A model generated the notes under the pieces. That model did no database searches. It worked only from the letters and a program-made list of their open reading frames with translations, and was not told the origin of the DNA. A stretch of 64,000 nt of DNA from Escherichia coli. GTDB taxonomy: Bacteria > Pseudomonadota > Gammaproteobacteria > Enterobacterales > Enterobacteriaceae. Location of the stretch: assembly GCF_003334305.1 (NCBI RefSeq), contig NZ_QOWS01000005.1, one strand, 5' to 3'. Shown piece after piece: positions 35,423 through 47,300 of this stretch; position 1 is the stretch's first letter, and every line of letters starts with the position of its first letter. Made by a program: the position numbers and the translations under genes.

Positions 35423-36298
35423 TTACTGTTTTTCACTCAGATAGAGTTCATATGCCCGATCAGCCGTTTCGTTATGGTGAACCACCGCCTGTACGGCTTT
35501 CATCATCGCCACCGGATGGTCAGACTGGAAAATATTACGCCCCATATCCACACCAGAAGCGCCCTGATCGATAGCCTGCCAGCACATTTCCAGCGCCTCG
35601 CGCTCCGGTAATTTTTTACCGCCAGCAATAACAATGGGTACCGGACATCCGGCAACAATCCGTTCAAAACCTTTTTCGACATAATAGGTTTTGATAATTT
35701 GCGCCCCCATTTCAGCGGCGATTCGAGTCGCGAGCGAGAAATAACGCTGATCGCGCACCATATCTTTGCCCACGCCAGTCACGGCCATGGTCGGCATTCC
35801 CACTTTCATTCCGGCATCAACCAGCTGAATAATATTTTTGATCGACTGATGTTCATATTCGCTGCCGATATAAACCTGCGCCGCCACCGCGCAACTGTTC
35901 AGGCGCACGGCATCATCCATCGATAACGCCACGGCTTCATTACTTAATTCCGCCAGAATAGAGTTCGCACCTGACGCCCGCAGTACCACTGGCTTATTGG
36001 TCGCCGGTGGAACTACGCTGCGCAAAATGCCGCGCGTACACATTAATACATCGGCATGTTCAAACAGCGGGGCGATATTTATATCAATGCGTTCAAGTCC
36101 GGTCGTCGGCCCCTGAAAATAACCATGATCAAAGGCCAGCATCACGGTATTACCCGTTTTCGGATTAAATATCCGCGATAAGCGTGACTGCATTCCCCAA
36201 TCCAGCGCACCGCAACCTTTCAGGGTAAAAGGGATATTTTGTTGCGGTTGATCGGTACGAAAATCTTTACCATCTTTAATATCGTCTAAATCTGCCAT
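35423..36298 (-). CDS. lsrF: Phospho-AI-2 thiolase (aldolase-like) LsrF, 291 aa
   Basis: ORF 35423..36298; class I aldolase-like; lsr synteny. Confidence 0.9.
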   Translation of the reverse strand: MADLDDIKDGKDFRTDQPQQNIPFTLKGCGALDWGMQSRLSRIFNPKTGNTVMLAFDHGYFQGPTTGLERIDINIAPLFEHADVLMCTRGILRSVVPPATNKPVVLRASGANSILAELSNEAVALSMDDAVRLNSCAVAAQVYIGSEYEHQSIKNIIQLVDAGMKVGMPTMAVTGVGKDMVRDQRYFSLATRIAAEMGAQIIKTYYVEKGFERIVAGCPVPIVIAGGKKLPEREALEMCWQAIDQGASGVDMGRNIFQSDHPVAMMKAVQAVVHHNETADRAYELYLSEKQ

Positions 36299-36324
36299 AA
36301 CTTACTCCGGTTAAGTAATGCACA

Positions 36325-37347
36325 TCAGAAATCGTATTTGCCGATATTCTCTTTGTTGAATATCACGCGCTCCGGTAACAGTACGATGCCATTACCATCC
36401 GCTTCGTAGTCATAGCCCTGAACGCTGTTTGGCGAGACTTCAACCTGACCTACGCCCTGGATATCCAGCTTGTCGCCCGTTTTCATTGATCCTTTTTTCA
36501 ATAATGCATCCGCGACATACACTGAAATTTTGCCTTGCTGAACCACATCCCACAGTCCAAATTCTTTCACCGTACCGCGCTCTACATACGGGCGCATCAC
36601 ATTTGGCGTACTGAATCCGACAATCGCTACTTTGTCATTTTTCAGGTTTTCTGCGGCTTGTGCGGCAGCGGGCAGGGCATTGGCATCGGGGGCGATAATG
36701 GCGTCGAGATCGCTATACGCTTTTAATATTCCTTCTGCGGTTTGTAATGATTTAGTGGCATCGTTATAGCCAAACTGCGTAGTGACAATTTCCCAGCCAG
36801 GATGCTCTTTGGCGATTTTCGCTTTCGCTTCTTTCACCCACTGGTTTTGGTCCGTAACGGTGGGGCTTGAGTAGAAAAACGCGACTTTGGCTTTGTCTTT
36901 ATTCACCTGACGCGCCGCCATATCCACCAACATACCTCCCAACTGGGCGGGCGTTCCCTGATTAATGTAGTAAGAGCGGCACTCCGGTTTAGTATCAGAG
37001 TCCCAGGTCAGCACTCTCACACCACGTTGCATGGCGCGTTTCAGTGCCGGACACAAGCCATCAGGCGAAACCGCAGAAACGATAATGGCGTTATAACCTT
37101 GATTGACGAAGTTATTAATCAACTGTACCTGACCAGAAACACTGGGTTCTGTCGGCCCGTCGTAGGTCACATCAACGCTCAGCTCTTCACCCGCTTGTTG
37201 TGCGCCGTTGCCACCGCTGGTAAAAAATCCCACGCCAACCAGTTTGGGAATAAATGCAATACGCTCTGCGGCCTGCACATTCATAGAGATTGCGGCAATG
37301 CCAAGAGCGCTAAGTAAGGCGATTTTCTTAAAGCGATGAAGTGTCAT
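36325..37347 (-). CDS. lsrB: Periplasmic AI-2 binding protein LsrB (340 aa)
   Basis: ORF 36325..37347 with signal peptide. Confidence 0.9.
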   Translation of the reverse strand: MTLHRFKKIALLSALGIAAISMNVQAAERIAFIPKLVGVGFFTSGGNGAQQAGEELSVDVTYDGPTEPSVSGQVQLINNFVNQGYNAIIVSAVSPDGLCPALKRAMQRGVRVLTWDSDTKPECRSYYINQGTPAQLGGMLVDMAARQVNKDKAKVAFFYSSPTVTDQNQWVKEAKAKIAKEHPGWEIVTTQFGYNDATKSLQTAEGILKAYSDLDAIIAPDANALPAAAQAAENLKNDKVAIVGFSTPNVMRPYVERGTVKEFGLWDVVQQGKISVYVADALLKKGSMKTGDKLDIQGVGQVEVSPNSVQGYDYEADGNGIVLLPERVIFNKENIGKYDF

Positions 37348-37358
37348 GAAGATATCCT

Positions 37359-38351
37359 TTATGGCAATGGGTTATTGGCCCGACGCGCCAGCCACTCTTT
37401 AATTTGCTGGCGATGCAGGCTAACGGAACGACCTACGACAACGACGATAAGTAGCGCACCGGAAAGGGCGCTGGACACCTGATTTGGCACTCCTGCCATT
37501 TGCAAACCTTGTTGCAAATATCCCACTAATAAAACCGCAATGGCGGTGCCGATAATGGAACCGGAACCACCATAAATATTGGCCCCGCCAAGCACCACGG
37601 CGGTGATGGCGGGCATCAGAAACGACGCACCGAGATCGGAACGTGCTGAACCAAAATACGATACCAGCAGCACAGCGGCGACCGCAGACGCCAGCCCCGT
37701 CATGGCATAGAGCGCACATAAGGTGCGGTTAACTGGAATCGCGCTATAAAGCGCCACGCGCGGGCTTTGCCCAATCAAAAACACATTACGTCCGGCATGG
37801 GTTTTATGCAGCCAGAGCCAGAAAACGAGGAGACATATCAGGAAGATAATCAGCGGAACGGGGAGTCCCAGCACATCCAGGTTAGCGAAATCTGTAAACG
37901 CCATCGGGAATCCACCAATACCTTCGTACCTCGTCGCTCCGGCCATACCGGAAAGCAGCAGAGCGCTTCCGGCAAACAGATACAGCGTGCCAAGCGTAAT
38001 CACCAGCGGGTTAACTTTGGTATAGATAATTAATCCGGCGTTGATCAGCCCGCACAATGCGCCGAGCAGTAAGGTCAGGAGTATCGCCAGCGGCATCGGC
38101 ACACCACTTTGAAACAGTACGCCCAATGCAATGGCGCAGAGGCCGATGGTCGAACCAAACGAAATATCGATCCCGCCACTGACAATCACCATCGTCAGCG
38201 GTAGGGCGACAATGCCAATGCAGATAAAGTCACTGGTGCTGAACAGCAACATATTGAGATCTAACATTCGCGGGTTAATTGCACCAAATGCGACAATCTC
38301 AATAACGAGCAGTGCGGCAAGAGCCAGTTCCCAACCGTAGCGAATACGCAT
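37359..38351 (-). CDS. lsrD: AI-2 ABC transporter permease LsrD (330 aa)
   Basis: ORF 37359..38351; start overlaps lsrC stop. Confidence 0.9.
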   Translation of the reverse strand: MRIRYGWELALAALLVIEIVAFGAINPRMLDLNMLLFSTSDFICIGIVALPLTMVIVSGGIDISFGSTIGLCAIALGVLFQSGVPMPLAILLTLLLGALCGLINAGLIIYTKVNPLVITLGTLYLFAGSALLLSGMAGATRYEGIGGFPMAFTDFANLDVLGLPVPLIIFLICLLVFWLWLHKTHAGRNVFLIGQSPRVALYSAIPVNRTLCALYAMTGLASAVAAVLLVSYFGSARSDLGASFLMPAITAVVLGGANIYGGSGSIIGTAIAVLLVGYLQQGLQMAGVPNQVSSALSGALLIVVVVGRSVSLHRQQIKEWLARRANNPLP

Positions 38352-39379
38352 TATGCGGCCTCCCGTTTTTTACCTGACGAAGCGGGTTTAACGGATGGCG
38401 GTGGCGTCATAAAGCGGGCATATTTTTGCCGCCGTAGATTACGTTCCAGCGCACAACGCAGGCGTCCATCAAACACCAGCACCGCCAGCAGCACGAGGCC
38501 CGCGATAAAATCGTTCCACCATGCCGGAATGCGCAACAGCACCAGTACGCTATCGATCTGCGTCAGGAACCATGCGCCGAGTACCGCACCGATGATCGCA
38601 CCGGAACCGCCGAGCAAACTAATGCCGCCCAGCACGCAGGCTGCAATTGCTTTCATCTCCAGCCCGGTACCGGTCTGGTTGGGGATAAAACCAATCTGCG
38701 AAGCAAACACAATTCCCGCCAGTGCCGCCATGCAGCCGTTCAACGAAAATGCCACAATGCGAATGGCTTCCGTACGAACACCCAGTTGACGAGCGCCCTG
38801 TAAATTATCGCCCGTGGCATAAAAACTGCGTCCAAACGCCGTCTTTGCCAGCAGCCAGGCCATAAATGCCACCAGAATTATCGTCAACCAACCAATCGCG
38901 GAAACGCCAAACAGCAGCGGTGCGGAGAGCTGTTTCAGTTCGGCGGGTAACCCTTCAATCCATTTACCGCCAGTCCACAGCAACATGATGCCTCTGTACA
39001 ACCCTAACGTGCCAAGGGTGGCAACAATGGCAGGGATCTTTAGCCACGCGACCAGGACACCGTTGAAAAATCCCGCGAGCAAACCAAGCAGTAAAGTCGC
39101 GACACAAGCAACAGGTAGTGAATACCCCGCGTTCAGTAACATCCCCAACAGCACTGCGCACATTCCGGTAATCGAACCCACTGAAACATCAATATTGCGC
39201 GTAAGCATTACCAGCGTCGCGCCCATTGCCAGCAGGATCAGGATTTGCGCGCTGCTATAAACCATGGTCAGCGTTTGCACACTTAAATACTGGCGGTCGA
39301 GAAAACCGGGTAATGCAAACAGCAGCACCACCGCCAGCAGTGCCGTGATTTCACGGTTGTTCTGAATAAACTTCAGCAT
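38351..39379 (-). CDS. lsrC: AI-2 ABC transporter permease LsrC (342 aa)
   Basis: ORF 38351..39379; overlaps lsrA 3' end by 7 nt. Confidence 0.9.
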   Translation of the reverse strand: MLKFIQNNREITALLAVVLLFALPGFLDRQYLSVQTLTMVYSSAQILILLAMGATLVMLTRNIDVSVGSITGMCAVLLGMLLNAGYSLPVACVATLLLGLLAGFFNGVLVAWLKIPAIVATLGTLGLYRGIMLLWTGGKWIEGLPAELKQLSAPLLFGVSAIGWLTIILVAFMAWLLAKTAFGRSFYATGDNLQGARQLGVRTEAIRIVAFSLNGCMAALAGIVFASQIGFIPNQTGTGLEMKAIAACVLGGISLLGGSGAIIGAVLGAWFLTQIDSVLVLLRIPAWWNDFIAGLVLLAVLVFDGRLRCALERNLRRQKYARFMTPPPSVKPASSGKKREAA

Positions 39380-40908
39380 GACACCTCCTGACGCTGACTA
39401 TCGCCGAAGGCAACGCGCATAATAGTCTCGACATTAATATCGCGCCCGGTCAGTGCAGAGTGGGCAATTTCGCCCTGATGCATCACATACACGCGATCTG
39501 CCATCAGTTCGATCTCTTCCAGATCGGAGGAGATAAGCAGCACTGCCACATTTTGTGCGGCGATGCTGCGCAACAGCTGGTAGATATCATTACGGGCCGA
39601 GACATCCACGCCGCGCGTCGGCTCATCGACAATCAATGCTTGCGGCGAAGCTTCCAGGCATTTGGCAATGAGGATTTTTTGCTGGTTGCCACCGGATAAT
39701 GTCCGTGCAGCTTGTTCCGGTTGGTTAAATTTAATATTCAGCGCCCGACGATAACGTTCCAGGGTGGCATTATCTTTCGCGGTTTTCGCCCAGAATCCAC
39801 GAAGGTTATGAGTAAGGGCGCAGACGTTCCAGGCAAGCGAAGCATCGAGATTCAGTCCGGATGACTGGCGATCTTCCGGCAGATAAACCAGACCGCGCAG
39901 TAAACGTTCTCCAGTGGATAATTTATTGATCTCTTTACCATTCAGCATAATGCATCCGCCACGCAAAGTACGCAGACCATAGAGCGTCTCGGCCAGTTCT
40001 GTGCGTCCGGCCCCCACCAGCCCAGCCAGGCCCAGAATTTCTCCGGCATTGAGCGTCATGCTGACATTCCTGAAACCTTCGCCGGTCAGATTTTCCAGTG
40101 TCAGCACCGGCGTTCCGGCAGCATGTTGTGGGCGGTTACCAGGTAACTCCAGCCATAATTTTTGGCTGGCAGAGAGCGATTTTTCCCGTACCACTGGCGT
40201 GATGGCCTGAATAATGTCGTCGGTAGACAGTTCGCTGGTTTTGCCGCTTAAGGCGATGGTTCCGTCGCGCATCACGCTAATTCGATCGGCAATCTGGCGA
40301 ATTTCCGGCAGCTTATGCGAGATAAAAACAATACCCACGCCAGTAGCAAGCAGCTCTTGCAAGCGAGTAAACAAGCGTTCGGTTTCCGCAGGGGTAAGCG
40401 AGGCGGTAGGTTCATCGAGGATCAGAATCCGCGAGTCGCGCATTAGCCCGCGGAGGATTTCCACCATTTGGCGATCGGCGACATCCAGCGATCCTGCCAG
40501 ACTATGCAGATCAAACTGGCAGCCCAGCGCCGCCAGCAAGTTCTTCATTTTTTGCATGGAGAGCTGTTTTTTTGCCATCCCAAACAGGATGTTTTCTTTT
40601 ATCGACAGGCTTGGGAAAAGCAGCGGTTCCTGGGGAACGAGATAAATGCCCAGCTGATGAGCATGAACTGGCGTTAATCTGGCGTAGTTGTTGCCCCCAA
40701 TCTCCAGCGTACCGCTATCAGCAGGGGTAATACCGGCAATAATCTTCATTAACGTCGATTTACCGGCACCATTGCCGCCGAGCAGGGCGTGGACCTCCCC
40801 CTGATGCAACGTAAAATCGATGCCTTTCAGGACATTGACCCCTGAATACTGTTTATAAACCGAGCGGGCGCAAAGTAGCGGTAACGCGCGGGTATCACTC
40901 GTTTGCAT
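39373..40908 (-). CDS. lsrA: AI-2 ABC transporter ATP-binding protein LsrA (tandem ABC domains, 511 aa)
   Basis: ORF 39373..40908; two Walker A motifs (GGNGAGKST and GLVGAGRT). Confidence 0.9.
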   Translation of the reverse strand: MQTSDTRALPLLCARSVYKQYSGVNVLKGIDFTLHQGEVHALLGGNGAGKSTLMKIIAGITPADSGTLEIGGNNYARLTPVHAHQLGIYLVPQEPLLFPSLSIKENILFGMAKKQLSMQKMKNLLAALGCQFDLHSLAGSLDVADRQMVEILRGLMRDSRILILDEPTASLTPAETERLFTRLQELLATGVGIVFISHKLPEIRQIADRISVMRDGTIALSGKTSELSTDDIIQAITPVVREKSLSASQKLWLELPGNRPQHAAGTPVLTLENLTGEGFRNVSMTLNAGEILGLAGLVGAGRTELAETLYGLRTLRGGCIMLNGKEINKLSTGERLLRGLVYLPEDRQSSGLNLDASLAWNVCALTHNLRGFWAKTAKDNATLERYRRALNIKFNQPEQAARTLSGGNQQKILIAKCLEASPQALIVDEPTRGVDVSARNDIYQLLRSIAAQNVAVLLISSDLEEIELMADRVYVMHQGEIAHSALTGRDINVETIMRVAFGDSQRQEVSC

Positions 40909-41156
40909 ATTTCCCCCGTTCAGTTTTGCAGGTGAGTTTTGAACAAATGTATTTCTGCTTTTAATTTGTTCATAACCTTAGGTGGACATTGCACATATTT
41001 CCGACGAATAGATCACAATTTATGCTATTTTGATTTTCACGGTTGCGTTTGTTCATGCTCGTAGAGTCAAACTGTGGCTGCCATCACAGATATAAATGCG
41101 CAAGAACTGAACAATTGCATTAAAGATTTAAATATGTTCAAAGTGAAGAATGAATT
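40909..41156. promoter_or_regulatory. Divergent lsrA / lsrR promoter-operator region
   Basis: 248-bp AT-rich intergenic spacer between divergent lsrACDBFG and lsrRK; this region is known to carry LsrR operators and a CRP site, but individual sites were not resolved here. Confidence 0.55.
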
Positions 41157-42110
41157 ATGACAATCAACGATTCGGCAATTTCAGAACAGGGAATGTGTGA
41201 AGAAGAACAGGTCGCGCGGATCGCGTGGTTTTACTATCACGACGGGCTGACCCAGAGCGAGATCAGCGATCGTCTCGGCCTGACCCGTTTGAAAGTGTCG
41301 CGCTTGCTGGAGAAAGGGCATCAGTCCGGCATTATTCGCGTACAGATTAATTCTCGCTTTGAAGGCTGTCTGGAATATGAAACTCAATTACGTCGTCAGT
41401 TTTCGCTGCAACATGTCCGGGTGATCCCTGGGCTTGCGGATGCTGATGTCGGCGGGCGACTGGGGATAGGCGCGGCGCATATGTTGATGAGTTTACTTCA
41501 ACCACAACAGATGCTGGCGATTGGTTTTGGCGAGGCAACCATGAATACGCTGCAACGCTTAAGTGGTTTTATTTCGTCACAGCAAATTCGCCTGGTCACG
41601 CTCTCCGGTGGCGTCGGTTCTTATATGACGGGTATCGGGCAGCTTAACGCGGCGTGCAGTGTGAATATTATTCCGGCTCCGTTGCGGGCATCCTCCGCTG
41701 ACATTGCCCGTACGCTAAAAAATGAAAATTGCGTCAAAGATGTTCTGTTAGCCGCGCAAGCAGCCGATGTGGCGATTGTCGGCATTGGGGCCGTCAGTCA
41801 ACAGGACGACGCGACGATCATTCGCTCCGGTTATATCAGCCAGGGCGAACAGTTAATGATTGGTCGAAAAGGGGCGGTTGGCGACATTTTAGGCTACTTT
41901 TTTGATGCAAAAGGTGACGTTGTCACGGATATTAAAATACATAACGAACTGATTGGCTTACCTTTAAGCTCGCTGAAGACCATACCCGTCCGGGTTGGCG
42001 TGGCAGGGGGAGAAAATAAAGCCGAAGCAATTGCCGCTGCAATGAAAGGCGGTTATATCAACGCACTGGTTACCGATCAGGACACAGCAGCGGCGATTTT
42101 ACGTAGTTAA
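41157..42110 (+). CDS. lsrR: SorC-family repressor LsrR (317 aa)
   Basis: ORF 41157..42110. Confidence 0.9.
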   Translation: MTINDSAISEQGMCEEEQVARIAWFYYHDGLTQSEISDRLGLTRLKVSRLLEKGHQSGIIRVQINSRFEGCLEYETQLRRQFSLQHVRVIPGLADADVGGRLGIGAAHMLMSLLQPQQMLAIGFGEATMNTLQRLSGFISSQQIRLVTLSGGVGSYMTGIGQLNAACSVNIIPAPLRASSADIARTLKNENCVKDVLLAAQAADVAIVGIGAVSQQDDATIIRSGYISQGEQLMIGRKGAVGDILGYFFDAKGDVVTDIKIHNELIGLPLSSLKTIPVRVGVAGGENKAEAIAAAMKGGYINALVTDQDTAAAILRS

Positions 42111-42188
42111 ATTTGCATGACCTTATTACCGGGAATGATGGAGAACGTATAGAGGAACAGACAGAACGCATAAGCCGAGGATAATCTA

Positions 42189-43781
42189 ATGGCTCGACTC
42201 TTTACCCCTTCAGAATCAAAGTATTACCTGATGGCGCTGGATGCAGGTACCGGAAGTATTCGGGCTGTGATATTCGACCTGGAAGGCAATCAAATAGCAG
42301 TGGGACAGGCGGAGTGGCGGCACCTGGCAGTACCGGACGTTCCTGGTTCTATGGAATTTGATCTCAACAAAAACTGGCAACTGGCGTGTGAGTGTATGCG
42401 CCAGGCGCTGCACAACGCCGGCATAGCCCCGGAGTATATCGCTGCCGTTTCGGCATGTTCGATGCGTGAAGGCATTGTTTTATATAATAATGAAGGAGCC
42501 CCGATCTGGGCCTGCGCCAATGTGGATGCCAGAGCGGCACGCGAAGTTAGCGAACTTAAAGAACTGCACAACAATACCTTTGAAAACGAAGTTTATCGCG
42601 CGACCGGACAAACACTGGCTTTAAGTGCCATCCCCAGATTACTTTGGCTGGCGCACCATCGTTCCGATATTTACCGTCAGGCATCAACCATCACCATGAT
42701 CAGCGACTGGCTGGCCTATATGCTCAGCGGCGAACTGGCGGTGGATCCCTCTAACGCTGGCACCACGGGACTTCTTGATCTAACCACCCGTGACTGGAAA
42801 CCTGCATTGCTGGATATGGCTGGCCTGCGTGCCGATATTCTTTCTCCTGTCAAAGAAACCGGCACATTGCTGGGCGTGGTAAGTTCACAAGCGGCGGAAC
42901 TCTGCGGTCTGAAGGCGGGCACTCCGGTGGTCGTTGGAGGAGGCGACGTGCAGCTTGGTTGCCTTGGGTTAGGCGTTGTGCGTCCGGCACAAACCGCGGT
43001 TCTTGGCGGCACATTCTGGCAGCAAGTTGTAAATTTAGCCGCGCCGGTGACAGACCCAGAAATGAACGTGCGCGTTAATCCTCATGTTATTCCTGGCATG
43101 GTACAAGCTGAATCTATAAGCTTTTTTACCGGACTCACCATGCGCTGGTTCCGCGATGCTTTCTGTGCCGAAGAAAAACTGATTGCCGAACGTTTAGGCA
43201 TCGACACCTATACGCTGCTGGAAGAGATGGCCAGTCGGGTGCCGCCTGGGTCGTGGGGCGTAATGCCGATCTTCTCCGACAGAATGCGCTTTAAAACCTG
43301 GTATCACGCTGCGCCTTCCTTTATTAACTTGTCCATTGAGCCGGATAAATGTAACAAAGCGACATTGTTCCGTGCGCTGGAAGAAAATGCGGCGATTGTA
43401 TCAGCGTGTAACTTGCAGCAAATTGCTGATTTCTCGAATATTCATCCTTCATCGTTAGTCTTTGCAGGCGGAGGTTCAAAAGGGAAATTATGGAGTCAAA
43501 TTCTCGCTGATGTCTCGGGATTACCCGTCAATATTCCGGTGGTCAAAGAAGCCACTGCATTAGGATGTGCCATTGCAGCTGGCGTCGGTGCCGGAATTTT
43601 TTCATCAATGGCAGAAACCGGAGAACGCCTGGTTCGCTGGGAACGGACGCACACACCAGACCCGGAAAAGCATGAACTTTATCAGGATTCACGCGATAAG
43701 TGGCAGGCAGTTTATCAGGATCAGCTGGGGCTGGTTGATCATGGACTGACGACGTCGTTATGGAAAGCGCCTGGGTTATAG
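42189..43781 (+). CDS. lsrK: Autoinducer-2 kinase LsrK (FGGY carbohydrate kinase, 530 aa)
   Basis: ORF 42189..43781. Confidence 0.9.
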   Translation: MARLFTPSESKYYLMALDAGTGSIRAVIFDLEGNQIAVGQAEWRHLAVPDVPGSMEFDLNKNWQLACECMRQALHNAGIAPEYIAAVSACSMREGIVLYNNEGAPIWACANVDARAAREVSELKELHNNTFENEVYRATGQTLALSAIPRLLWLAHHRSDIYRQASTITMISDWLAYMLSGELAVDPSNAGTTGLLDLTTRDWKPALLDMAGLRADILSPVKETGTLLGVVSSQAAELCGLKAGTPVVVGGGDVQLGCLGLGVVRPAQTAVLGGTFWQQVVNLAAPVTDPEMNVRVNPHVIPGMVQAESISFFTGLTMRWFRDAFCAEEKLIAERLGIDTYTLLEEMASRVPPGSWGVMPIFSDRMRFKTWYHAAPSFINLSIEPDKCNKATLFRALEENAAIVSACNLQQIADFSNIHPSSLVFAGGGSKGKLWSQILADVSGLPVNIPVVKEATALGCAIAAGVGAGIFSSMAETGERLVRWERTHTPDPEKHELYQDSRDKWQAVYQDQLGLVDHGLTTSLWKAPGL

Positions 43782-43789
43782 TTTCATTG

Positions 43790-43826
43790 ACAGCCACATC
43801 ATGATGACCGTGGCTGTTAGTTTTTG
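43790..43826 (+). terminator. Rho-independent terminator of lsrK
   Basis: ACAGCCAC-atcatgatgacc-GTGGCTGT followed by TAGTTTTTG. Confidence 0.55.
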
Positions 43827-44311
43827 AGTATAGTTATTCTTATTTCCCTTCTTTTAGAGCTGGCTTGTTAAAAGCCAGCTTGCAGATTCATCGTTCCATC
43901 ACCAGTACTATATTCAAGGGAAAATTGCTATTTTTCTTAAAGCATTAAGCACAACCCTTATTTTATAGCGAATATTCCTAAAGACACTAATGGATGCAAA
44001 AGGGGTTTAATAAACTTCGATTTTTAGCAATTAGTGCTATTCTTTGTTAAATATGATGATGATAATTTTCCTATTGAAAGAAACAGTTTTCTTATTAATC
44101 AACAATAACTCATAGTTCATTTTTAAATAAAATAAGAACTATGCATTTTTTAATCTATCAATTCGAAAGTATTAGCAAATTAGCCAAATTGACACCTTCC
44201 CACCTCCAACTAACACTCAATACAGACCTCTGACAATTTAATAAGTTTCATTTTTAATGTCTGACGACTCATCTCTTTCGTGGCTGTATTGTTTGTATAT
44301 GGAGCGTTTAT

Positions 44312-47300
44312 ATGAATAGAATCTATCGCGTGATATGGAATTGCACTCTACAGGTATTTCAGGCCTGCTCGGAATTAACTCGCAGGGCAGGTAAAACATC
44401 GACGGTTAATTTGCGTAAATCCTCTGGACTGACAACGAAATTCAGTAGATTGACGCTGGGTGTTTTGCTGGCACTAAGCGGTTCAGCGTCTGGTGCAAGT
44501 CTGGAAGTTGATAATGATCAGATTACCAATATTGATACTGATGTTGCTTATGATGCCTACCTGGTTGGCTGGTATGGCACTGGAGTGCTTAATATTTTGG
44601 CTGGCGGTAATGCCTCCTTAACCACTATTACTACCAGCGTCATTGGCGCTAATGAGGACTCAGAGGGCACCGTTAATGTTTTGGGTGGCACCTGGCGATT
44701 GTATGATAGCGGAAATAATGCAAGGCCTTTAAATGTGGGTCAATCCGGAACGGGGACGCTGAATATTAAACAGAAAGGTCACGTTGATGGAGGCTATTTA
44801 AGACTAGGTTCCTCGACAGGAGGCGTCGGGACGGTCAATGTTGAGGGAGAGGACTCTGTTCTGACGACCGAATTATTCGAAATAGGGAGTTACGGTACGG
44901 GATCATTAAATATTACGGATAAGGGTTACGTCACGAGTTCAATAGTCGCCATTTTAGGCTATCAGGCGGGCAGTAATGGCCAGGTTGTCGTTGAAAAGGG
45001 CGGTGAGTGGCTAATAAAAAATAACGATTCCTCAATTGAATTTCAAATTGGTAATCAAGGAACTGGGGAAGCGACTATTCGCGAGGGTGGACTGATTACG
45101 GCTGAAAACACGATTATCGGTGGCAATGCTACCGGTATCGGAACCCTGAATGTGCAGGATCAAGACTCTGTCATCACGGTACGCAGACTCTATAATGGAT
45201 ATTTCGGTAATGGCACACTCAATATTTCCAATAATGGACTAATTAATAACAAAGAATATTCATTAGTGGGCGTTCAGGACGGTTCCCACGGTGTCGTCAA
45301 CGTGACCGATAAAGGGCATTGGAATTTCCTCGGAACGGGCGAAGCTTTCCGCTATATCTATATCGGTGATGCTGGCGACGGTGAACTTAATGTCTCGCGT
45401 GAAGGTAAAGTAGATTCGGGAATTATCACTGCGGGGATGAAAGAAACAGGCACAGGCAACATTACTGTTAAGGATAAGAACTCCGTTATCACTAATCTCG
45501 GAACTAATCTTGGTTATGACGGCCACGGCGAAATGAATATCAGTAATGAAGGGCTTGTTGTCAGCAACGGAGGAAGCTCACTCGGTTATGGAGAAACCGG
45601 CGTCGGGAATGTCAGCATCACCACGGGGGGGATGTGGGAGGTCAATAAGAATGTCTATACCACCATTGGTGTTGCGGGCGTCGGAAACCTCAATATTAGC
45701 GATGGCGGTAAGTTCGTATCGCAAAATATTACTTTTTTGGGCGATAAAGCAAGCGGTATCGGCACACTGAACCTGATGGATGCGACATCATCGTTCGATA
45801 CTGTGGGTATCAATGTCGGTAATTTTGGTAGCGGTATCGTAAATGTCAGTAATGGTGCCACCCTTAATTCAACGGGCTATGGATTTATCGGAGGAAATGC
45901 CTCCGGTAAGGGGATAGTTAATATTTCAACGGACAGTCTCTGGAATTTAAAGACATCATCTACTAACGCACAATTGCTACAGGTCGGTGTATTAGGCAAG
46001 GGTGAACTGAATATTACCACCGGAGGTATAGTTAAAGCGCGTGATACACAGATAGCTCTCAATGACAAAAGTAAGGGCGACGTGAGGGTGGATGGGCAGA
46101 ACTCTCTTCTTGAAACATTCAATATGTACGTAGGGACATCTGGTACGGGTACGTTAACCCTGACGAATAGCGGCACGCTGAATGTCGAAGGTGGAGAAGT
46201 TTACTTAGGTGTTTTTGAACCTGCTGTAGGAACGCTAAACATTGGTGCAGCTCACGGTGAGGCGGCGGCAGATGCCGGGTATATAACCAACGCGACGAAA
46301 GTAGAGTTTGGTTCTGGCGAAGGTGTTTTTGTCTTTAATCATACTAATAACAGTGATGCCGGCTACCAGGTCGATATGCTGATTACAGGTGACGATAAAG
46401 ACGGAAAAGTGATCCATGATGCAGGCCATACGGTGTTCAATGCAGGGAATACTTATAGCGGTAAAACGCTGGTCAATGACGGCCTCCTGACCATTGCGTC
46501 TCATACGGCAGATGGGGTAACGGGCATGGGTTCGAGTGAAGTCACCATTGCAAGCCCCGGTACGCTCGACATTCTCGCATCAACGAACAGTGCAGGAGAT
46601 TACACGCTGACCAATGCGCTCAAAGGCGATGGCTTGATGCGAGTGCAGCTGTCATCCTACGACAAGATGTTTGGCTTTACCCATGCAACAGGGACTGAAT
46701 TCGCCGGTGTTGCCCAACTGAAAGACAGTACCTTCACTCTGGAACGCGACAACACCGCTGCGCTTACTCACGCGATGTTGCAGTCTGACAGTGAAAATAC
46801 CACATCGGTAAAAGTGGGAGAGCAATCCATTGGTGGACTGGCCATGAATGGCGGTACGCTCATTTTCGATACGGATATTCCTGCTGCGACGCTTGCAGAG
46901 GGATATATCAGCGTCGATACGCTGGTTGTCGGCGCGGGTGACTACACCTGGAAAGGCCGTAACTATCAGGTAAACGGGACGGGCGACGTGCTTATCGACG
47001 TGCCTAAACCGTGGAATGATCCCATGGCGAATAACCCTCTGACGACGCTCAATTTGCTGGAACACGACGATAGCCATGTCGGCGTTCAACTGGTGAAGGC
47101 GCAAACGGTTATTGGGTCGGGTGGCTCATTAACGTTACGTGATTTACAGGGCGACGAGGTGGAAGCGGACAAAACGTTACACATTGCGCAAAACGGAACG
47201 GTGGTCGCCGAGGGTGATTATGGATTCCGCCTCACGACCGCACCAGGTGATGGTTTGTACGTTAACTATGGGCTGAAAGCGCTGAACATCCATGGTGGGC

